DNA of 52,829 nt from Cytophagaceae bacterium. GTDB lineage: Bacteria; Bacteroidota; Bacteroidia; Cytophagales; Spirosomataceae. The translations under genes were made by a program, and so were the position numbers. Location of the stretch: NCBI GenBank assembly GCA_026785975.1, contig JAJAZB010000078.1:1-52829 (forward strand), given 5' to 3'. Under the pieces are notes generated by a model, which saw only the letters and a program-made list of their open reading frames with translations, did no database searches and was not told where the DNA came from. Shown here piece after piece: positions 1 to 8,788 of the stretch; the first letter of the stretch is position 1, and each line of letters begins with the position of its first letter.

Positions 1-21
1 CCCCTGAAGGGGGCTTTTTTT
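1..21 (+). terminator. GC hairpin plus T7, likely terminator of a + strand gene left of the window
   Basis: CCCCT-GAA-GGGGG followed by CTTTTTTT at the window edge. Its reverse complement recurs at 41-60. Confidence 0.45.
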
Positions 22-40
22 ATTCAAAAGTTTTGGCTAC

Positions 41-60
41 GAAAAGCCCCCTTCAGGGGG
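41..60 (-). terminator. Hairpin plus T-rich tail on the minus strand, downstream of the EcsC-like gene
   Basis: The minus strand reads CCCCC-TGAA-GGGGG-CTTTTC, 35 nt after the stop at 96. It is an inverted copy of 1-18. Confidence 0.45.
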
Positions 61-95
61 TTGGGGGTGAATCCCGACAGTTTTTCAGCAGGTCT

Positions 96-851
96 TTAAG
101 CTACTTTCCCCCGACCGATCACTGCGGTTTTTTCACTGGTCACCCAGCGCATCCGGTAGGCGTTCATGGCCGTTTTGCCCAATTTATTGAGCAACCGGTA
201 ATTGACCACCAGCCCGATGGCCGCGCCGATGCCGGGAATCAGTTGGGCCATCTTGGCCAGGTCGATGTAATCGCGGTATTCCTGTTGAAACGTCCGCCAG
301 TCAAACTCGTTGATGTCGTTCGGCAATAGTTTGCTTCGCTCGTCCCAGTCCACCATTTGCAGATACACTTCCCGCCGCCGCTCCTGACTGGAAAAAGCCA
401 GTTGGAAGACGTGCAGGATGTAAAGCCGCTCGCGGTAATCGTCGATGGGATGCCCGTACTGCGCGGCTATTTCAAAAAGTAATTTGAACTTGAGACTGAG
501 CAAGAGCGGGAAATCAGCCAGTGCCAGAAAAATCCCCCCGGCACCGGTAACGCCGCCTTCGGCCGCCCCCGCCGTTTTGTAAAAACTGATCCGTTTCAAC
601 ACAATGCTTTCCCGCCCTTGCAGCGAATCGGCGGGAATCGGTTGCGGAGTGATAAATTCTGCCCCAAACAGCACCCCCCGCGTCATCTGCTTGATGGTCG
701 CGGTGATGGCCTGGTGGAGTTTTTCAGGAATCAGATTATTGATCCGAACCTGCAGCGATTTGGCGAGCCGGTTGGTCAGCGAGGCTGGCTTCAACATCTG
801 TTGTTGCCAGATTTTCAGTTCGGCTTGGGCGTAGTTTTCGTAGGATGGCAT
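96..851 (-). CDS. EcsC family-like protein
   Basis: The ORF is 96..920, but position 920 is a TTG, so I trimmed to the ATG at 851 (MPSYENYAQAEL...). The Gly-rich GAAEGGVTGAGGIFLALADFP core and overall layout match EcsC-type proteins by recall. Confidence 0.55.
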   Translation of the reverse strand: MPSYENYAQAELKIWQQQMLKPASLTNRLAKSLQVRINNLIPEKLHQAITATIKQMTRGVLFGAEFITPQPIPADSLQGRESIVLKRISFYKTAGAAEGGVTGAGGIFLALADFPLLLSLKFKLLFEIAAQYGHPIDDYRERLYILHVFQLAFSSQERRREVYLQMVDWDERSKLLPNDINEFDWRTFQQEYRDYIDLAKMAQLIPGIGAAIGLVVNYRLLNKLGKTAMNAYRMRWVTSEKTAVIGRGKVA

Positions 852-858
852 ATCGGTG

Positions 859-879
859 GCGCCGACCTCCGGTCGGTGT
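859..879. repeat. 21-mer GCGCCGACCTCCGGTCGGTGT, copy 1 of 2
   Basis: Identical 21-mer in the same orientation at 20731-20751. It contains the hairpin CCGACC-TCC-GGTCGG. Confidence 0.8.
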
Positions 880-1012
880 CTTTTCAGTTGCGTATTCTTT
901 CGGGTCAGGCGGACTGGCAAATTTCATCAATCAACCCCGATACTTGCCATTTTTTGGATAAAAGATTAGTTTACGGGTCAATCGGTCACTCCCAACTTTA
1001 ATCGCTCAATCC

Positions 1013-2728
1013 ATGCGTTTACTATTCCTCCTTCTTTTCTCAGTGTTCTACCTGTCGGGTTTCAGCCAAACCCGTTTTCAGGTCACATTCCGCGAAAAAT
1101 TCTCCAGAATTCCACTCGATGGTCGGCTGTTACTTTTTGTTTCAACTTCAAACAAAACTGAACCCAAAAACCAAGTAACCGAGGAGGCGGGGTCGCAACT
1201 CGTTTTTGGCGTAGATGTTGAAAACTGGAAATCCGGCCAAACCAAACCGGTTGATGCCAGTGCGTTTGGCTACCCGATTCGCAGCTTGAGCAAGCTACCG
1301 GCGGGTGATTACTGGGTGCAGGCGTTTCTGCACCGCTACGAAACCTTTCACCGGGCCGACGGCCACACCGTCAAACTTCCCATGGATCGGGGTGAGGGTC
1401 AGCAGTGGAAAAGCGCACCGGGCAATTTGTTCAGTGTTCCGGTGAAAGTACGGGTTGATCCAAAGGGTGTAAATCTGGTTAAAATCAGTCTTGAAAAAGA
1501 AAATCCGCCCCTCCCCGATCCCAAAACCAAAGAATCGAAGTACGTCAAGCACGTCAAAATACGCTCCGAAAAACTTTCCAAATTCTGGGGACGCGATATG
1601 TTTCTCTCGGCCTGGGTACTCTTGCCCGAAGGTTTCGACCAGCACCCCGAAGCGCGGTACCCGCTATGCATCAACCACGGGCATTTTCCGTCGGAGTTTG
1701 GTAGTTGGCGAGAGAGCTTACCTACCACCACCGACACCAGCGACTACATCGCCCGCTTCAACCTGTACGGCTACAAACGGATTCAGGAACAGGAGGCATA
1801 TACCTTTTATAAAAACTGGACCGGGCCGGATTTTCCCCGAATGTTGATTATCGAGATTCAACACGCCACGCCTTTTTACGACGATTCGTACGCGGTCAAC
1901 TCGGCCAACATTGGTCCCTACGGCGATGCGATTACCTACGAATTGATTCCCGCCATTGAAAAGCAGTTTCGGGGAATTGGGCAAGGCTGGGCGCGGTTTC
2001 TCTACGGCGGCTCCACGGGCGGTTGGGAAGCGTTGGCCGCTCAGGTGTTTTACCCCGATGAGTACGGCGGCTGTTTCGCGGCTTGCCCCGACCCGATTTC
2101 GTTTTCCGCCTACACCTCAATCGACCTGTACCGGGACAAAAACGCTTATTTTCTCGAAAGCCCCTGGAAACGGACACCCCGCCCCGGCAAACGCGACTAC
2201 CTCGGGCACGTCAAATGCACCATCGAAGACATGAATCATTTGGAAATGGCGCTTGGCAACCACTCGCGTTCGGGCGGGCAGTGGGACATTTGGGAGGCCG
2301 TGTACTCCCCCTGCGGGCCGGATGGCTACCCAAAACGGATTTTTGATAAAGTGAGCGGGCAGATTGATTCAACCGTAGCTCTTCACTGGCGCGAAAACTA
2401 CGATTTGCTGCACATCGTAAAACGCGACTGGGCGAAGTTGGGGCCTAAATTGCAGGGCAAAATCCATCTGTACTGCGGCGACATGGACAATTACTACCTC
2501 AACAACGCCGTGTATCTGATGGAAGATTTTTTGAAAACGGCCAAAAACCCCACGGCGGATAGCGAGGTGACCTACGGCGACCGGGCTGAGCATTGCTGGA
2601 ATGGCGATCCTACTCTGCCCAACTACCTCAGTCGGCTGCATTACAATTCCATGTACGTGCCAAAAATCCTGAACCTGATCGAGCGCCACGCCCCCGCCGG
2701 GGCCGACGTGAAAAGCTGGCGGTACTGA
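1013..2728 (+). CDS. Secreted alpha/beta-hydrolase (esterase-like)
   Basis: 571 aa with an N-terminal signal peptide (MRLLFLLLFSVFYLSGFSQ). It has a GxSxGG nucleophile elbow (LYGGSTGGWEAL). The precise family is not resolved. Confidence 0.5.
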   Translation: MRLLFLLLFSVFYLSGFSQTRFQVTFREKFSRIPLDGRLLLFVSTSNKTEPKNQVTEEAGSQLVFGVDVENWKSGQTKPVDASAFGYPIRSLSKLPAGDYWVQAFLHRYETFHRADGHTVKLPMDRGEGQQWKSAPGNLFSVPVKVRVDPKGVNLVKISLEKENPPLPDPKTKESKYVKHVKIRSEKLSKFWGRDMFLSAWVLLPEGFDQHPEARYPLCINHGHFPSEFGSWRESLPTTTDTSDYIARFNLYGYKRIQEQEAYTFYKNWTGPDFPRMLIIEIQHATPFYDDSYAVNSANIGPYGDAITYELIPAIEKQFRGIGQGWARFLYGGSTGGWEALAAQVFYPDEYGGCFAACPDPISFSAYTSIDLYRDKNAYFLESPWKRTPRPGKRDYLGHVKCTIEDMNHLEMALGNHSRSGGQWDIWEAVYSPCGPDGYPKRIFDKVSGQIDSTVALHWRENYDLLHIVKRDWAKLGPKLQGKIHLYCGDMDNYYLNNAVYLMEDFLKTAKNPTADSEVTYGDRAEHCWNGDPTLPNYLSRLHYNSMYVPKILNLIERHAPAGADVKSWRY

Positions 2729-2792
2729 AGTGAATGAGTGAATAGTTTCATGCGTAAGCCTATTCACTCATTGACTTATTCACTCATTGACT
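2729..2792. repeat. Word-palindrome hairpin between convergent genes
   Basis: AATGAGTGAATAG (2733-2745) pairs perfectly with CTATTCACTCATT (2760-2772) across a 14-nt loop. The right arm is a perfect 16-bp tandem, TATTCACTCATTGACT x2 (2761-2792). Confidence 0.8.
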
Positions 2793-3810
2793 GCAAAAAA
2801 GCCATCGTATCGACGCCATCGGCGTAGTCTTTTAGCCGGGGTGTCTGCGCCGTGCCGAAGGGCAGGCTTCCCGGCAACCAACCCCCGGCGCTGACAACGC
2901 ACTGAATTTTTTCGGCGTTTTCGGTTAGGTCCTCCTTCAGTTGATCCGTCGAGGCGTATCGTTCAAAATGCACGACCGAAAGCGGTGAAACCGTGGCGTT
3001 GTTTGGCGTTAGCAACAGAAATCCGTTGTCCAGGAAAGGCGTCTGGTTGATGAGCAACACTGCTTTGTTGTAATCGTAATTGTTGTGGTATTTGTGGTGG
3101 AGAATCACATCGCCCGACGGCTCGATGCTTTCGTAAAAGTCCTGAAAATCGTACTCTTCGGGCACGTAAAGTTTTGATACGTTCCGGCAGCCCAACCCAA
3201 AGTAGGTCAGAATGTCGCCTCCTAAAGCACTCAGTTCTTCAGTTGGTTCGAGGCCCGTCAGCACGCCAACCGCCGTCCGGTTTTTACGAATGATGTGGGG
3301 CTTTTTGCCGAAATAGTACTCAAAATAGCGGGCTGAGTTGTCATTCCCCGTCGCAATCGTTGCGTCGGCATCGTTGAGACGCTCGGCAAAAACCACGTCG
3401 TCCGCAAAGCCGGTTTCGATTTCCACTAATTTTTGAAGCAGTGCCCGCATCAGTGCAGAATCCTGCGAACTCAGCTTAGCCAGCAACCGATGTCCGGCTA
3501 TCAACACACACAGTGCATCGTGGAAACCCACCGCCGGAATATTGCCCGCCATGATGACACCCACCTGCTTCGGCTCCGTCAACTTGGCATCGGCAGCGAA
3601 TGAATAGGAAGCAATCCAAGCCTCCAGATTGGTTCGCACGAGGTACTGTTGGGCAATGGTATCGAGGGCGAGGGAAACGTTTTGCGGCGTAAACCAGTTA
3701 TTCTCGTGTCGGGCGGCACTGGCCCACTGGGTACGTTGATCGTGGGCTTCGGGGCTACGCAGCCATTCACCAAGTTGGGAGAAGGCGTTGAGCCGGGTCA
3801 TTAAATCCAT
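2776..3810 (-). CDS. Acyl-CoA reductase (LuxC-like)
   Basis: The ORF is 2776..3861, with a TTG at 3861. Likely ATG starts are 3810 (MDLMTRLNAF) or 3801. It resembles the Bacteroidota LuxC-type reductase that usually sits divergent from a ferredoxin gene, as it does here. Confidence 0.6.
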   Translation of the reverse strand: MDLMTRLNAFSQLGEWLRSPEAHDQRTQWASAARHENNWFTPQNVSLALDTIAQQYLVRTNLEAWIASYSFAADAKLTEPKQVGVIMAGNIPAVGFHDALCVLIAGHRLLAKLSSQDSALMRALLQKLVEIETGFADDVVFAERLNDADATIATGNDNSARYFEYYFGKKPHIIRKNRTAVGVLTGLEPTEELSALGGDILTYFGLGCRNVSKLYVPEEYDFQDFYESIEPSGDVILHHKYHNNYDYNKAVLLINQTPFLDNGFLLLTPNNATVSPLSVVHFERYASTDQLKEDLTENAEKIQCVVSAGGWLPGSLPFGTAQTPRLKDYADGVDTMAFLQSMSE

Positions 3811-3952
3811 CAAGTCGATAGGGTTTTTAGCCTTTGCAAAATTACATTCGATCCACGCCAAGATATTTTTCTTGAATGGTCAACCTTTCTTTAGTTACAT
3901 TTGTTGCCTAATTTGTTTTCAGTCTCCGAAATTACGAAAAAACTGAATTGGT

Positions 3953-4300
3953 ATGGCCATCATGATCACCGAAGAGTGCATCAACTGCGGCGCCTGCGAG
4001 CCTGAATGCCCGAATACTGCCATTTACGAAGGCGGCGTGGCATGGACCTGGGGCGGCGGCACTCAACTGGAAGAAGTTGAATTGGGCGACAGCACGGTAA
4101 TTTCGGCAAAGGAATTACAAACCCCTGTCTCCGAAGAATTCTATTATATTGTCACGGATAAATGCACGGAATGCGTCGGTTTTCACGAAGAACCCCAATG
4201 CGCAGCGGTTTGTCCGGTCGATTGTTGCATCCCTGACCCGGAGCATGAGGAGGAAGAAGAAACCCTGCTTTCTAAAAAAGCCTGGCTACACGGCGAGTAA
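3953..4300 (+). CDS. 4Fe-4S dicluster ferredoxin
   Basis: Two Cys clusters are present: [12 protein letters not shown] and [22 protein letters not shown]. Confidence 0.85.
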   Translation: MAIMITEECINCGACEPECPNTAIYEGGVAWTWGGGTQLEEVELGDSTVISAKELQTPVSEEFYYIVTDKCTECVGFHEEPQCAAVCPVDCCIPDPEHEEEEETLLSKKAWLHGE

Positions 4301-4320
4301 ATACCATTAACGGATTATCC

Positions 4321-4349
4321 AGCCCCGACCATCGTCGGGGCTTTTTTTT
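4321..4349 (+). terminator. Rho-independent terminator
   Basis: AGCCCCGAC-CATC-GTCGGGGCT followed by TTTTTTTT. Confidence 0.8.
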
Positions 4350-4611
4350 GTATTTTACGAATAGGACAGCAAAATATCAAACCGGTAAGATATTCTACAA
4401 TTTGCCATAAAATCAAAATATTGTATAAAATTTATTTAAAGCCTGTTTTTAGGAGTTTACCAAAAAATTATAACAGATTTCAAAGAATTTACAGGTTTTT
4501 AGTATAAAATAGCTACATTTTATTCCTGTTCTCTTGGAAAAGCATAAATCATATATAATCTTTGGGCCGATATGAAAGTTCTTACTTCCATCCTACTAAC
4601 CAAAGATTATT

Positions 4612-5832
4612 ATGAGAAAGTTACTTTTTACCATCTTTTCTATATTTACTACTTTTACTGTATTTGCTGAAGATACACCGGAATCGGCAAAGAAAACCAC
4701 GAAGCCAGCACCCACCGATAGTGTTCAGACTGCGGAGCAAAAGAAGGAAGCAGCCGAAGGGAAATTTACGTTCTCAGGGTACCTCGATGCGTACTACTTC
4801 GGTAATCTCAACAACCCTTCCACACGCAGCAATTTAGGAATAACCGGAGTAGAACGGGCTTTTGATCAGCGGGCCGGTCAGTTCGGCATTGGTTTGGTGC
4901 AGACAAAGGCCAGCTACACTAGCAATAAAATTGACGGGGTCATTGATCTTGCCTTTGGTCCCTTCGCGGATTTAGGGAATTATGGCAACGTATTAAGCCT
5001 GAATGTCGGTGCCGCTACCTCCACTTCACTGGCCATCAAGCAAGCCTATTTCACCTGGAAAACTACCCCGAAATTATCGTTCACGGCGGGGCAGTTTGGG
5101 ACGCACATCGGCTACGAAGTCATCGACGCCCCGGTCAATTACAATTATTCCCTGTCGAACCTCTTCAACAATGGGCCGTTCTACCACATCGGGATTAAAG
5201 GCCAGTATGCCTTCAGCGACAAAGCGTATTTGATGCTTGGTCTGGTCAACAATGTCGATAACATTCAGGACAACAACCGCGCGAAAGGACTCATCGGGCA
5301 GTTGTTTTTTTCACCCGTGTCCGGTTGGAATGTTTACCTCAATGCCATCGTCTCGAATGAAGCCAATGCCGACAGTCTGGGCAAAACACGGGGAACCAAT
5401 TCGTATTCGCTCTTCGATCTGACGACGACCTACCAAATTACGGAGAAGTTTTTCCTGGGTGTCAACGCGGCGGCTGGTTCGCAGAAGGGTGACTACCAGG
5501 GCGGTACGTTTGCCGATAAGTCAAAAGGCTGGGGCGGCGTGGCATTGTACACCAATTATGCTTTCAGCAGCGCTTTTGGTTTGGGTGCCCGCTACGAGAC
5601 CTTCGACAACTCCAGCGGTATCCGTTTCCTGCGCGATCCGTCAACGGGCGAAGGTCGTTCGGTCAATTCGTTTACCCTGACGGCCAACATCACCGCCGCC
5701 GATGGACACTTGCTGCTAAAGCCGGAATTACGCGTCGATTCTTACGACAAAAATACCTTCTTCGATGAGCGCGGCAACGTGACCAAGAAATCACAAACCA
5801 CCCTGGGCATGGCCGCCATCTTCAAATTTTAA
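4612..5832 (+). CDS. Outer-membrane beta-barrel porin (OmpL/porin-2-like)
   Basis: It has a signal peptide, alternating beta-strand pattern and a C-terminal ...AAIFKF (terminal Phe). It lies 46 nt upstream of amtB. Confidence 0.6.
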   Translation: MRKLLFTIFSIFTTFTVFAEDTPESAKKTTKPAPTDSVQTAEQKKEAAEGKFTFSGYLDAYYFGNLNNPSTRSNLGITGVERAFDQRAGQFGIGLVQTKASYTSNKIDGVIDLAFGPFADLGNYGNVLSLNVGAATSTSLAIKQAYFTWKTTPKLSFTAGQFGTHIGYEVIDAPVNYNYSLSNLFNNGPFYHIGIKGQYAFSDKAYLMLGLVNNVDNIQDNNRAKGLIGQLFFSPVSGWNVYLNAIVSNEANADSLGKTRGTNSYSLFDLTTTYQITEKFFLGVNAAAGSQKGDYQGGTFADKSKGWGGVALYTNYAFSSAFGLGARYETFDNSSGIRFLRDPSTGEGRSVNSFTLTANITAADGHLLLKPELRVDSYDKNTFFDERGNVTKKSQTTLGMAAIFKF

Positions 5833-5878
5833 TCTGCGCAACTCTTTACCACTAACCAATTTTAAATCAACCAGTTCT

Positions 5879-7210
5879 ATGCAAAAACCATCTTACATCC
5901 CCTTAATTATTCTGTTGGTTGTCGCCTTTGCGGCGGCGCTAATGCCCGCCCTCCCAACGACGATCGTTACGGAGGGCCTCAACCAGGGCGACATCGCCTG
6001 GATGCTCGTCGCTTCGGCGCTGGTTCTGCTCATGACGCCGGGTCTGGCGTATTTTTACGGCGGAATGGTCAACACCAAAAATGTGATTTCGACCATGTTC
6101 CAAAGTTTTATTGGCATGGGCGTTATTTCGGTACTCTGGGTAGTCGTGGGTTTTAGTCTGGCCTTCGGCGACACCGTTGGTGGCTTCATCGGTAATCCGG
6201 CCACGTTTTTTATGTTCAACGGCGTACTCGACGGCAAGCCCTGGTCGCTGGCCACTACCATTCCGCTGGCTTTGTTTGCGATGTTTCAGTTGAAATTCGC
6301 GGTTATCACCCCCGCCCTGGTGACGGGTTCGATGGCCGAGCGCATCAATTTCAAATCGTACGTGCTATTCATGGTGCTGTTCAGCTTGTTGATTTACAGT
6401 CCATTAGCTCACATGACCTGGCACCCCGAAGGTTTTCTTTTCAAATTAGGCGTTCTTGATTTTGCTGGCGGTACGGTTGTTCACATGTCGGCTGGTTGGG
6501 CGGCACTGGCCGGTGCCATGTACCTCAAGCGTCGGCGATCACACCTGGAAGCCAATTTTCTACCCCCGGCCAACATTCCGTTCGTGTTGTTGGGCACGGG
6601 CTTACTCTGGTTCGGCTGGTTTGGTTTCAACGCCGGTTCGGCGGTGGGTGCTTCCCCCCTGGCGGTATCGGCTTTCGCAACAACCAACTTCGCCGCTGCC
6701 GCTGCTGGTCTGGCCTGGGTACTTTTTGATGCGGCAAAAGGCAAGAAAGTTTCTGCCTTGGGCTTTTGCATCGGTGCCGTTGTCGGATTGGTTGCCATCA
6801 CCCCGGCGGCTGGTTTCGTGACGATCCCCGTGTCGCTGTTTATCGGGACCATCGCGGGAATTACGTCCAACTTTTTCGCTCACCTGAAAGCAAAAGGTAA
6901 TCTGGACGATACGCTCGATGTATTCCCCTGCCACGGAATCGGCGGTATGGTCGGGATGATTATGACGGGGCTGTTTGCCACGAAAACCATCAATTCCGCA
7001 GTCGCCATCGACGGACTGGCTTACGGCGAATTTGGCCTGTTCAAAGCGCACATGATCGCTCTGGTGGTTGTATCGGCGTTTGCGTTCTTTGGTTCGTATC
7101 TCCTGCTGATGCTGACCAACGCCATCCTGCCGTTGCGTGTCAACGAAGACGACGAAAAATCTGGTCTGGACGTCAGCCAGCACAATGAGTACCTGGTTGA
7201 ATCAAACTAA
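5879..7210 (+). CDS. amtB: Ammonium transporter (Amt family)
   Basis: 443 aa polytopic membrane protein. Amt motifs are FAGGTVVHMSAGWAALAGA, GWFGFNAGS and VFPCHGIGGMVG. Confidence 0.92.
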   Translation: MQKPSYIPLIILLVVAFAAALMPALPTTIVTEGLNQGDIAWMLVASALVLLMTPGLAYFYGGMVNTKNVISTMFQSFIGMGVISVLWVVVGFSLAFGDTVGGFIGNPATFFMFNGVLDGKPWSLATTIPLALFAMFQLKFAVITPALVTGSMAERINFKSYVLFMVLFSLLIYSPLAHMTWHPEGFLFKLGVLDFAGGTVVHMSAGWAALAGAMYLKRRRSHLEANFLPPANIPFVLLGTGLLWFGWFGFNAGSAVGASPLAVSAFATTNFAAAAAGLAWVLFDAAKGKKVSALGFCIGAVVGLVAITPAAGFVTIPVSLFIGTIAGITSNFFAHLKAKGNLDDTLDVFPCHGIGGMVGMIMTGLFATKTINSAVAIDGLAYGEFGLFKAHMIALVVVSAFAFFGSYLLLMLTNAILPLRVNEDDEKSGLDVSQHNEYLVESN

Positions 7211-7224
7211 ATACTTTGGCAAAG

Positions 7225-7295
7225 CCACAGGGTGATGCCTGTGGTTTTGTTGCATAGCGTGAAGCCGCACCCATTGGGAGCGGCTTCATCTTTTT
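7225..7295 (+). terminator. Two tandem hairpin terminators after amtB
   Basis: CCACAGG-GTGATG-CCTGTGG plus TTTT (7225-7248). GAAGCCGC-ACCCATTGGGA-GCGGCTTC plus ATCTTTTT (7261-7295). Confidence 0.7.
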
Positions 7296-7312
7296 GGGGG
7301 CTGAATCCTGGT

Positions 7313-8626
7313 TCAGACAAATTCCAACTCACTCACCTCAACCAGCCCTGATTCGTTGATAGCCCGTAGCTGAACGGATTTCAGTTCATTGATTAACAGG
7401 GGATCGTACTTCGCCGTAACCCGCACGTAGTTTTCCGTAAAGCCCTGCATATTTCCTGCTTCCACGTCTTCTTCAAACAACACCGTCGCCGTGCGCCCCA
7501 ACTGGCTTTCGTAAAATACCCGGCGTTTTTTCTCCGATAAACTATGCAACATCTTTGACCGTTCGGCTCGCTGAGAGGCGGGAACCACCGGTTTGATCGT
7601 CAAAGCCAGCGTGTTGGGACGTTCGGAATACGTAAATACGTGTAAATATGAAATCGGCAGGACATTCAGGAATTGATAAGTTTCCCGGAAATCAGCCTCC
7701 GTTTCGCCTGGATGGCCCACAATCACGTCCACGCCGATGCAGGCGTTGGGCATCAGTTCTTTGATTCGAGCCACGCGTTCGGCGTACAATTCCCGCCGGT
7801 ACCGGCGGCGCATCAAGCCGAGTACGTGATTGGAACCCGATTGCAAGGGCACGTGAAAATGGGGCACAAACCGTTGAGATTGAGCCACAAACGCAATGAT
7901 TTCGTCGGTCAGCAGATTTGGTTCGATGGATGAAATACGGAAGCGCTCGATCCCACTTACTTCGTCGAGGGCACGAATGAGGTCCAAAAAGGTTTCGGTT
8001 CGTTGGCCTCCGTGCAGTCCAAAATCACCAATGTTGACTCCCGTCAGCACAATCTCTTTCACGCCCCGGCCCGCAATTTCGTTGGCGGCCCAAATTCCGT
8101 TTTCGATCGTGTCCGAGCGGCTCGCTCCTCTTGCCAACGGAATCGTGCAATACGCGCAGGGATAATCGCAGCCGTCCTGCACTTTCAAAAATGTCCGCGT
8201 CCGGTCGTTGAGCGAGTACCCCGCGTGGTAGTCGATTACGTCTTCAATATTGGAATTAAATACCCTGGCCCGACCGGATGGTTCTTTCACAAAACCATCG
8301 AGGAGTTCAACCAACCGAAACTTTTCTGCAGCCCCCAACACCGCATCGACGCCCTCGATTTCTGAAATTTCCTGCGGTTTCAACTGGGCGTAACAACCAA
8401 TAACGGCCACGTAACCGTCGGGGTTGATCTTCCGGGCTTCGCGAACGATTTTCCGACATTTTTTATCGGCATTGTCAGTGACCGAACAGGTGTTGATAAT
8501 AAAAATGTCCGGCTGCTGATTGAATTCGACTTTCTGGTAGCCCCGCTGCTCAAAGGTTCGGGCAATGGTGGAGGTCTCCGAAAAGTTGAGTTTACAACCC
8601 AGCGTATAAAAAGCGACTTTTTTCAT
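7313..8626 (-). CDS. mtaB: tRNA methylthiotransferase MtaB (radical SAM)
   Basis: N-terminus is VAFYTLGCKLNFSETS. The radical-SAM motif is CDYPCAYCTIP, followed by a C-terminal TRAM-like region. Confidence 0.8.
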   Translation of the reverse strand: MKKVAFYTLGCKLNFSETSTIARTFEQRGYQKVEFNQQPDIFIINTCSVTDNADKKCRKIVREARKINPDGYVAVIGCYAQLKPQEISEIEGVDAVLGAAEKFRLVELLDGFVKEPSGRARVFNSNIEDVIDYHAGYSLNDRTRTFLKVQDGCDYPCAYCTIPLARGASRSDTIENGIWAANEIAGRGVKEIVLTGVNIGDFGLHGGQRTETFLDLIRALDEVSGIERFRISSIEPNLLTDEIIAFVAQSQRFVPHFHVPLQSGSNHVLGLMRRRYRRELYAERVARIKELMPNACIGVDVIVGHPGETEADFRETYQFLNVLPISYLHVFTYSERPNTLALTIKPVVPASQRAERSKMLHSLSEKKRRVFYESQLGRTATVLFEEDVEAGNMQGFTENYVRVTAKYDPLLINELKSVQLRAINESGLVEVSELEFV

Positions 8627-8727
8627 GAACTTCAGTATATTCTCCCCTGCCTAAAACCTGTACGAAGGGAATTTCACGAGCAAAGGTACTGCCAAACCGG
8701 CAGTTTGAAGAAAATGGTTCCGGCAAC

Positions 8728-8764
8728 AAAAAAGCCCCTGCCGGTAGGCAAAGGGCTTTTCGTG
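8728..8764 (-). terminator. Imperfect hairpin plus T-run downstream of glnII
   Basis: The minus strand reads AAAAGCCCTTTGCC-TAC-CGGCAGGGGCTTTTTT. Confidence 0.5.
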
Positions 8765-8788
8765 AAAGAAAAAACTAAAAGTCGGGTT

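Noticed and set aside
4521-4529. 9-mer TATTCCTGT shared by the porin-amtB leader and the GS spacer (9914-9922) as a candidate nitrogen-regulator site
   Set aside because: A single shared 9-mer between two AT-rich regions of about 300 nt is close to chance expectation. It would need multi-genome motif support.
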